A stretch of 64,000 nucleotides of DNA from Eledone cirrhosa (lineage: Eukaryota): the NCBI GenBank assembly GCA_964016885.1, contig OZ024740.1, positions 33,046,001 through 33,110,000 on the forward strand, in the 5' to 3' direction. The notes beneath the pieces are model-generated. The model ran no database searches. It was not told the origin of the DNA and saw only the letters and a list, made by a program, of their open reading frames with translations. The position numbers and the translations under genes are program-made. How positions within the stretch are numbered: the first letter of the stretch is position 1; each line of letters begins with the position of its first letter. Of the stretch, positions 13,270 through 22,841 are shown in pieces.

Positions 13270-13397
13270 ACTCGTATGAGGAAAATAGAGACAAATTAAA
13301 TTTTTCCATTTTATTTTAAATAATTTTCTTAGCAAAGCTACCCATATGTTTATTGTATATAAACGTATTTTATATGTTTAAATGTTTTCATATACAC

Positions 13398-13432
<35 letters not shown>

Positions 13433-13600
13433 GGAACGTTCCTATTACCCACTCTACTACCCTAAGTATTGAGTACTTTGGTGCGTTATGGTCCACCTGG
13501 TTCCTTACCACATTTCCTTCGTTATATATATATATATAATCATCATCATATATATATATATATATAATCATCATCATATATATATATATATATATATAAC

Positions 13601-14646
13601 ATAATAACAGAGGAGTTCAAGACCGGCTGCCCATGGGAACTCCTATACGCAGACGACCTGACACTCATAGCGGAATCAATGGCCGAGCTAGAGAAGAAAT
13701 TCCAAACATGGAAGCACGGCCTAGAATCAAAAGGCCTTAAAATTAACCTGGCTAAGACTAAAGTTCTAGTTTGTAGGAAAGAAAATAAGGCGGCGGTCCC
13801 TTCTGGGAAATGGTCGTGCTCGATGTGTAGAAAAGGCGTAGGTAGAAACTCCATTTTATGTCCGAAATGCAAAGTATGGGTGCATAAAAGATGTAGTGGG
13901 ATCACAGGTAAGCTAACTAAGAACATAGATTTTACATGTGGCCGGTGCTCTGGTGCAATAAGTAGCAGCAAGTGCCCACAAAATACTAGCTCTTTCAATT
14001 GCGCAGAGGGTTCTATAGAAATAGTGGACAGTTTCCGTTACCTGGGTGATAAAATCAGCAGTGGGGGAGGGTGCTCAGAAAATACAGTAGCTAGAGTCAG
14101 AACTGGTTGGAAAAAGTTCAGAGAGCTTATACCACTATTAGCTGCTAAAGGGTTCTCCCTAAAAATGAAAGGCAGGTTGTACGATGCCTGCATACGAACA
14201 GCAATGTTGCATGGCAGTGAGACCTGGGCATTGTGTGCAGAGGATATACGCAGACTAGAGAGGAACGAAGCTTGCATGCTCCGCTGGATGTGTAACAGTA
14301 ATATACGTGAACGGCAAAGCATAAACGAACTAAGGAAAAAATTAGAAATAAGAGGGATCAGATGTTGTTTACTCGAGAGAAGGCTACGTTGGTATGGACA
14401 CGTGATGCGCATGAAAGTCGATAGCTGTATAACAAAGTGCAGGGCAATAAAGATAGACGGTAGCCACGGAATAGGCAGACCTAGAAAAACCTGGGACGAG
14501 CTGATAAACTCCGACCTCACACACTTACACCTCTCCAAGACAATGTCACTGGACCGAGACCTTTGGCGGTACTCAGTAACAGAGAAGACCCGCCTTACCT
14601 AAATACATAGTAAAACCTACTACAGCCAGTAGGCATCTAACAAAAT
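13601..14646 (+). mobile_element. RTE LINE subfamily B, 5'-truncated and lacking most of the 3' UTR
   Basis: Near-identical to the reverse complement of 23185-24225; embedded in (TA)n/(CAT)n. Confidence 0.93.
13679..14602 (+). CDS. C-terminal 307 aa of RTE ORF (post-YADD RT, PHD-like finger, thumb/C-terminal region)
   Basis: GLKINLAKTK, CSMC..CPKC..H..C..CGRC, FRYLG, LRWYGHVMRM, GRPRKTW; a truncated remnant rather than a standalone gene. Confidence 0.8.
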   Translation: MAELEKKFQTWKHGLESKGLKINLAKTKVLVCRKENKAAVPSGKWSCSMCRKGVGRNSILCPKCKVWVHKRCSGITGKLTKNIDFTCGRCSGAISSSKCPQNTSSFNCAEGSIEIVDSFRYLGDKISSGGGCSENTVARVRTGWKKFRELIPLLAAKGFSLKMKGRLYDACIRTAMLHGSETWALCAEDIRRLERNEACMLRWMCNSNIRERQSINELRKKLEIRGIRCCLLERRLRWYGHVMRMKVDSCITKCRAIKIDGSHGIGRPRKTWDELINSDLTHLHLSKTMSLDRDLWRYSVTEKTRLT

Positions 14647-15239
14647 ATATATAATCATCATATATATATATATATAATCATCATCATATATATATATAAT
14701 CATCATCATCATATATATATATATATATAATCATCATCATATATGATGATTATATATATATATATATATAATCATCATATATATATATATATATAATCAT
14801 TATCATATATATATATATATATATAATCATCATCATCATATATATATATATATAATCATCATCATATATATATATATAATCATCATATATATATATATAA
14901 TCATCATCATATATATATATAATCATCATCATATATATATATAATCATCATCATATATATATATATATATAATCATCATCATATATATATATATCATCAT
15001 CATATATATATATATATATCATCATATATATATATATAATCATCATATATATATATATATATCATCATCATATATATATATATATATATAATCATCATAT
15101 ATATATATATCATCATCATCATATATATATATATCATCATCATCATATATATATATATATATATATATAATCATCATCATATATATATATATATATCATC
15201 ATATATATATATATATATATCATATATATATATATATAT

Positions 15240-15280
<41 letters not shown>

Positions 15281-15317
15281 TCATATATATATATATATAT
15301 CATCATCATATATATAG
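14647..15317. repeat. Compound (AT)n/(CAT)n microsatellite array
   Basis: Alternating ATATAT and CATCAT blocks; the same motif occurs at 13523-13600. Confidence 0.97.
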
Positions 15318-16680
15318 GAGACCTTATACGCCAATGTCCTAACTCTCTTGGCTGATTCTATGATGGAATTGGAGAAGAGGATTCAGACATGAAGATGCAG
15401 CTTGTAAGTCAACCTGGCAAGGCCCAGAATCCTAGTGAGCAGAAAGGAAAGCAGGGCTCTGGTCCCCTCCGTGAGGTGACCTTGCTCAGTGTGCGGGAGG
15501 GGAGTGGGCAGAAGCTCAGTCCGGTGTCCATTGTGGGTGCACAAGAGACGTGGTCGGGCAAAGGGCACCGACTTCATATGTGGACACTGCACAGGGGTAG
15601 TAGGTGGTAGGCTCCTTCAATTGCACTGGGGGACTCCGTGGTTGGCAGCTTCTGATATATGGGTGACCGGGTCGTGGTGGAGGTGGTTGCACATGGGAGT
15701 GCAGTTGCCATAGTGGGAACAGGATGGAAGAATTCAGAGATCTGCTGCTGTTGTTAGGTATGGGGCGGGGGTCTATCACTCAAGATGTAGAGTGAGCTGT
15801 CCCATGCCTGTGTGTGCTCAGCAATGCTGCATGAAGGTGAAGCATGGGCTCTGTATGTCAGGGATGTGCAGATGTGAAGCCTGCATGGTCTGATGGATGT
15901 GTGAGAGTGGTGTGCCATAGCACCAAGGTGTAAATGTATTGAGGGCCAAGCTTGGCATAAGAGAGATCAAGTGTTGTATGCAAGGGGGAGGACTGCAGTA
16001 GTGTGGACATGTGGGATGACAGCTGTATGGGGGAGGTGAAGGGCATTGGAGGGACGGGGATTCGAGAGGACATGGGATGGGGCCTTGCCTGACTCAGCTG
16101 GACCTCCCGGTGGCGATGACACAGGACCAAGACTTCTGGCGCTACAGCATATTGCAAAAGGCCCATGTAGACAACTCAACCCTGGACTCTGCTCGTAACA
16201 GTGCCACCCAGCTCCACACTGTAAATGCGGTTGATGGCATGCTGATCCAGTAACATGGCTCATTGTATGAGTAAGGCTTGGTGCGGCAAACTGGCCCAAC
16301 CTCCCTCATAAACTATGATTCCGCTGTGAGAAAGGTACAATGCAGTCAACTGGCCCATCCCTCCTCATAACGGTGCCATCCAGTTCCCCACTGTAAATAT
16401 GGTTGGGGATCCCAAACTATGGTTCTGCTGTGAGCAGGGTATGGCACAGCCATCTGGCCTGTCCCTCCTCATAATGGTGCCATCCAGTTCTACACTGTAA
16501 ATGTGGTTGGTGTTAGGGAGGGCATCCAACTGTAAAAATCTCAGCCAAATTTCACAGTTCTGTCTGAGCAAGATGTGGTACAGCTAATCTGGCCAGACTA
16601 GTCTTATGTCATGGACGACCTGTCTAAACCATGCAAGCATGGAAAAAGAACAGTGAACGGTAATGATGATGATGAAGGTG
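15318..16680 (+). mobile_element. Highly degraded RTE 3' portion plus tail
   Basis: Frameshifted remnants of LYAD, GRSSVRCPLWVHKR, DFICGHC, AMLH.GEAW; ends with hairpin CCATGCAAGCATGG and (GAT)n at 16663-16680. Confidence 0.75.
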
Positions 16681-16852
16681 ATATATACATATATCTTCTT
16701 CTTCTCTCACTTATTCCTGAGTGAGTCATTGGGGTAGATTCCTCAAACATTCCTTCCAGCAGGTTCTGTCAGAAGCAATCGTTTCCAACTGATCCAGCTG
16801 GATCCCCAAGCAAGACCAGCCAAGCTCATGGATGTTATCCAACCCTCTTGCT

Positions 16853-18040
16853 CATCATCATCATCATCATCATCGTTTAACGTCCATCTTCCACGCTTGC
16901 ATGGGTTTGGACGGGAGTTTTCCCATTTGAGGCAAGAGTGGTTGTCTTGCTCGCATAGGACTGTCTGGCGGGTTTTCTACAGCTGGATGCCCTTCCTAAC
17001 ACCAACCACATTTACAGTGTGGGGCTGGGAGGTTTTTACCGTGTTGCCTACACGGCCACATTACAGCGTGGACTGTGTGTTTTTTTTGTCGTGACACCTA
17101 CACGACCTCATTTGTTTTGGCCTGGATGTTGCGGTACCAACATAACTTTACATTTAAGAGGGTGGTGTGGATGGGGTGGGGCTAGTGGGAAGGGGTGTGG
17201 GGTGGGTGGGTGTGTATTTTGTTAGAGGTGCCTACTGACTGTAGGTTTCACTTTGTACTTAGGAAAGGCGGGTCTTCTGTATTACTGTGTAGCGCCAAAG
17301 GTCTCGGTCCAGTGACATTGTCTTGGAGAGGTGTAAGTGTGTGAGGTCGGAATTTATTAAGTCGTCCCAGGTTTTTCTGGATCTGCCTACTCCGTGGCTA
17401 CCGTCTATTTTTATCACCCTGCACTTGTTTATACAGCTGTTGTCTTTCATGCGCATCACGTGACCGTACCAACATAGTCTAAACAACATCTGATCCCCCT
17501 TATTCCTAATTTCTCCCTTAGTTCGTTTATGCTTTGCCGTTCACGTATATTACTATTACACATCCAGCGGAGCATGCAAGCTTCGTTCCTCTCTAGTCTG
17601 CGTATATCCTCTGCACACAATGCCCAGGTCTCACTGCCATGCAACATTGCTGTTTGTATGCAGGCATCATACAGTCTGCCTTTCATTTTTAGAGAGAGCC
17701 CTTTAGCGGCCAATAGTGGTATAAGCTCTCTGAACTTTTTCCATCCCGTTCTGACTCTAGCTACTGTACTTTCAGAGCACCCTCCCCCACTGCTGATTTT
17801 GTCACCCAGGTAACAGAAGCTGTCCACTATTTCTATAGAACCACCTGTGCAATGGAATGAGCTAGTATTCTGTGGGCACTTGCTGCTACTTATTGCACCT
17901 GAGCACCGGCCACATATAAAATCTATATTCTTAGCTTACCTGTGATCCCACTACATCTTTTATGCACCCATACTTTGCATTTGGGACATAAAATGGAGTT
18001 TCTGCCTACTCCTTTCCTACACACTGAGCATGGCCATTTT
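16853..18040 (-). mobile_element. RTE LINE subfamily B 3' end (5'-truncated, frameshifted)
   Basis: (CAT)n tail, complete 3' UTR, ORF pieces 17259-17827 matching the 23228 ORF. Confidence 0.93.
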
Positions 18041-18176
18041 TCGATATCTTCAATTTGGTATTTGAGCCAGCCCTTACCTATGAAGGGTCTTTGGAGTTGC
18101 ATTCAAGAGCCATCAGAATGTAGATCATTTTTTTAAATGGAACATATAGTTCCCACGGCTGGGTCACCAATTTAGA

Positions 18177-18365
18177 AGAAGTTATTTTGTAGATGTTCAC
18201 CAATTTAGAATGTGTATTTTGGTTGGTGATAGGAGATGTATGGACTGCTTCGGTTAATCTCTGTGATACAATACATACAGTATATCAACCATTAACATCC
18301 ATACATCTCCTATCACCAACCAAAAGACACGTTCTAAATTGGTGAACATCTACAAAATAACTTCT
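18177..18365. repeat. Long inverted repeat (68-bp arms, 53-bp spacer), possibly a fold-back MITE
   Basis: 18177-18244 is the reverse complement of 18298-18365 with 2 mismatches. Confidence 0.9.
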
Positions 18366-18369
18366 AAAG

Positions 18370-18690
18370 AGTAATGTTACTCGATAGAGTAAGTAGCTTG
18401 GACATCAGAGAGTCACTCCAGGTAGAGCTGCTACTTCTCTGAATTGAGAGATCACAGGTCTGATTCTATGGGCTTGTAGTTAGAATGTCTCAGGAAAGAA
18501 TCGCTAGACAAATTTTACAGGCAAAACCAACCGGCAGGAGACCCAGGGGTATTCTCCAAGCAAGATGGTTGGATAATAGCCAGATCAGTTGGAAATGATT
18601 GTTTTTGACAAGAACCACTGGTTGGAGTGAATGAGGACTCTTCCCCCATGATCCTCTCAGGAATATGTGGGTGAAGAAGAAGAAGAAGGA
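18370..18690 (+). mobile_element. Degraded 3' end of another RTE-like LINE with (GAA)n tail
   Basis: Remnant LLL.IERSQ ... RMSQERIARQILQAKPTGRRPRG; a related 3' end lies on the minus strand at about 16695-16850. Confidence 0.55.
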
Positions 18691-18739
18691 ATATGTGGGC
18701 GAAGAAGGAGGGGGAGAAGAAGAACTTCTCTCTCTCCTT

Positions 18740-19040
18740 CTACATCACACGAACACCAGTACAAATGTCCCTCTTGCATACTACATTCAATTCCTCTTAT
18801 ACTCAGCACACTTGTGCTGTCAATAATGTACACATTACACATTCAGTGCATGCATATTTCATTATTTTTAGTCATTGCTAATATTCTGTATTCAGGGTCC
18901 TTGCCTCACTGCCATGTAACGTAGCAGTTCAAGCCTTTTGTTGCCAGTAGAGATAACAGATTCTTGAACTTTACCTTGTTCTCATTCTGGCTACAACACA
19001 TTTGGTAGATCCACCTCCACTGCTAATAGGATCACCTAGA
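18740..19040 (-). mobile_element. Degraded RTE fragment
   Basis: RGIECSMQEGHLYW, LHGSEARTL and LGDPISSGGGS remnants. Confidence 0.6.
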
Positions 19041-19041
19041 T

Positions 19042-20700
19042 CACAGGTTCTCAACCCTTTTGTCTCTCAATTTTTCAATATACTACTGATTTTGATATCA
19101 GTCGATTACTAAAAAATGGATTAACAATATTCCAAAGATACCATTGCAGGCAGCTGAGAGTATAAATACATTCCTTGAAAGCAAATATATAAATTTTAAA
19201 AAAAGGAACATAAATGTTCTTTTTATGAATAAGGACCAGTTGAATTTGTTATATTCTTATCAGGCGATACCAGCTATTTTGAACATTTATACAAGAGCAA
19301 CTCTGTCTATCCAAAGAGTGCTCTTATCTGGAAGAAAGTGGCAATTATATCATTTCAAAGCTTTCCAATTTTCCCTTTAATGAAACGGACAGAATAAATG
19401 TTGATATCTAACTTGATGTCCCCTCCGCTTTGTGAGCTTAGAGACCACGGAAGAGGGTTTTCATGACCATATAAGATAATATATTTATTAGTAAATGGTA
19501 AAATATATACAACAAATGAGTAATTGAATTGTGGGAGATGGTTTCCAGTCCAGTCAGACTGCAACTACAAATAAAAAAATTGTTAGTTTGCTTTGTAACA
19601 ATAGCATATCCAAGTTTTCAGATAAATCAAATTACTTTAACTTTGACCTCATTTCAATGGAACCCTTGAGCTTCATGGAGTCTAGCTAACTCTTTGACGT
19701 CAGGCTGGATTTTTGTAAGACGTAGCCAGAGATCTCCATTGTAGTGGTTGCGAGACTTACTGTGCAGTCTGGAAACAGCACCAAACCTCCTCTCAACTAA
19801 GTATGAGCTTGGAAAAGGCAGAGCAAATCTCTTAGCCTCTGCATGTAGGAGTGGAAATCGATGCTGAATTTCCTCTTGCATCCAAAAAAAGGGATTCACC
19901 TATTTTGGGAAATCTAATTTTGATCATATCATCTGCTTGAAGTTCAATGAATTCTTCCTGAAATTTAACGTCCAAATCGTCGACGTTAGCTATGAAGGGA
20001 TCTGCTATCCACATTGGGATGTCCATCGGCAAAAGTTCAACAAACTGTTCTCTCAAGTTGTCTTGTAGCGCACGGAGGTGAGCGGTATCAATTTGGAGTT
20101 GGTTATCGCTTACAATGTTTTGAACATTGGCGACACTAGGAAAATTATAGAATTCCCGTCAACAAAGATTCCTTTCGATGACATTCAATTTGGCTAGGAA
20201 TGTTTTCACAGCACTCCTTGCTTTAAGTATGGTGATCTTCTTCCCCTGCAAAGCCATAATGACATTATTGCATTTGTCGAAGATGTTGGTGAGGTAGTCG
20301 GAGATGTCGAAGATGTCGGCGAGGGTTTTCTTGTACAGTTCTGTGTTGCATCCTCGCAGAAACTCAATGAGTCGAACAGTTCAAAGAAGTGAGTAAAGTA
20401 CTTGCCCTTTGAAAGCCACCTCACTTCAGTATGAAGGAGCAATTTGATGAATTCTTCGTCATTATCTTGGCACAGTTGCCGGAAAATTCGTTCATTGAGG
20501 GAATGGCGTTTGATAAAATTGATGACATCAATGGCCACCTGCAAGGACTTGCTCAGCGGCTCACTGAGTTTCTTCGCAGCCAAGTGTTGTCGATGAATGA
20601 CACAATGAACAACAAATACAGATAGATTTTCTCTCTTCAGAAGAGTGACGAAACCCTTATGTTGGCCGACCATTGATCTTCGTCATCCGTAGCACATGAT
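19042..20700 (-). mobile_element. hAT (Charlie/Buster-like) DNA transposon remnant with frameshifted transposase
   Basis: HCVIHRQHLAAKKL, LLLHTEVRWLSKG and C-terminal dimerisation motif LPFPSSYLVER; TIR-like CAGGTTCTCAACCC next to CTAGA at 19036-19057. Confidence 0.88.
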
Positions 20701-20703
20701 ACA

Positions 20704-21114
20704 ATGTGTGTTGCATGTGGTCCCAGCTGTATGTATTACCTGCCTGTGTGTTGTATGTAGTCCTAGATGTATGTATTACCTGCTTATGTATTGCATGTGG
20801 TCCCAGCTGTATGTATTACCTCCTTATGTGTTGTATGTGGTCCTAGATGTATGTATTACCTGATTATGTGTTGTACGTGGTCCTAGATGTTTGTATTACC
20901 TGATTATGTGTTGTATGATTATGTGGTCCTAGATGTATGTATTACTTGCCTGTGTGTTGTATGTGGTCCTAGATGTGTGTGCTACCTCCTTATGTGTTGC
21001 ATGTGGTCCTAGATGTGTGTATTACCTGCTTATGTGTTGTATGTGGTCCTAGATGTGTGTATTACCTGCTTATGTGTTGTATGTGGTCCTAGATGTGTGC
21101 TACCCGCTTCTGTG
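20704..21114. repeat. 40-bp minisatellite, about 10 copies
   Basis: Unit TGTGTTGTATGTGGTCCTAGATGTATGTATTACCTGCTTA. Confidence 0.95.
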
Positions 21115-22841
21115 TTTTTTCTTTTCTTTCTTTTATTTGTAATATTATTTATACAATAGGGAATTAAATAGATCTACATAGTGTTAACTCGTTACGGTTG
21201 AGTCAATAATTTCAAACATAAAATACATTGTTATCGGTGAAGGAAAGAAAAGATTCTAATTGGCTGCGCTCAAAGTATCCTTGATCCAGCTGACTGTAGG
21301 TTTTTCCATTTTTAGGATCTCACTTGCCGGTTATGTCTAGACACGCCTGTGGTCAGACCATAGTTATGCTGTCTGCATGGTCATTCAAATGATGCATTCA
21401 CACTGGCTGTCTCAGAGATATACACATATGGCTTATAAAACTTACCAAAGTTAAGAGCCTTCTACCCCCCCCCCCCAGTTTCGAAACGGCCCCCATTGAG
21501 AATATTGACCTAGATAGCAAAAGCTATCTACTACTTCTAGTGAACCTTCTGAGCATAGGTGGTGGGTATTTCTTGAGTATCCTTACTGTTGACTACTTGT
21601 GTTATACCTATCACATATGATGTCTACCTTCTCTGTCAACTTACTTGTGGTTCCACTATGTCTCCCGTGTCACCACTATCTACATTAGGTACACTGTATG
21701 AAGTTTTTACCTACTTCTTTTTTACATATTGAACACTTTTAATTGTTGCAGAGGCTTATCATTTTTCCTAATTATTAAAACTTTAGTCTTTGCTAAGTTT
21801 ACTTTGGGTCCCTTTGATTCCTCATTGTGTTTCCATGAGTAGAACTTCTCAAATTATTTTACAGTTTCCACCATGGGATTTTGATCACCAACATACACGT
21901 GTTCCCAAGGACAGCCAGTCTTGAATTCCTCTGCTATTTAATTATTCAGAGAAAATATTTATATTTATTATTTGTAAAGTTAATAGTGTTTGATGATGTT
22001 AAGAGATATTTTTGAATCTCTGTGATAACTGGAAGAACTTATGTACTATTTACATTTACATCATCACTATTCAATATTTGAATTATATATTTTTCTCCTG
22101 GTTCATTTTTATTGTTATCATAATTATAATTATTCATAATTATTCATGTAATAGTCCACATATTGCCAGATTTATTAGAACATCTGTTAAACTACTTTGC
22201 AGTATTCGTTCTAGCACTCTGCACTCTGAGTTCAAATCCTGTCGAATTCAATTTTGCTTTTCATATTTTTGAGATTGATAAAAAATCCACTACTGGAGTT
22301 GATTCTTCCTCTATATCTCTTTCTCACTTCTTCTCTATCATTCTTTCTCTTTCTCTGGAAGAATTTGGCCTTGTTTAAATCTGGAGAGGAGATGCACACT
22401 TCCAGGTTTATAAAAAATTCCCAAGAAATGCTGTATGTCACTGCAGCATCCCTACAACTCCACTAAGAGTTATGGATTTATATAATATATATTTATATGT
22501 ATGTGTGTATATACACACACATACACATACATATACAGGTATACCTCAGCTTTTGTCATTTCAAATTTCATCATTTTTGAAGTGACAGCTGTTTTTCTTA
22601 ATATTATATGGCAAAAATAAACCCCATGTTATGTCAATTAACTCAAATTTACATTGATATGCCAAAAATATTAAACCATAAAATACACTATAAAAACATA
22701 AAATCTCACTGAAATAAATGCTAAAATATATAGCATAATGTAATGTAGGGAATGCCTATTAGCAGTCAATAGGGACATTAATTTGCCATTTGTCGTGTTT
22801 CAACTTTAGTCTTGATTTCTGGAACCAATTAATCAATGTAT

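Noticed and set aside
21240-21935. Very old RTE remnants (EEFKTGCP near 21910-21932)
   Set aside because: Too degraded to delimit reliably as features.
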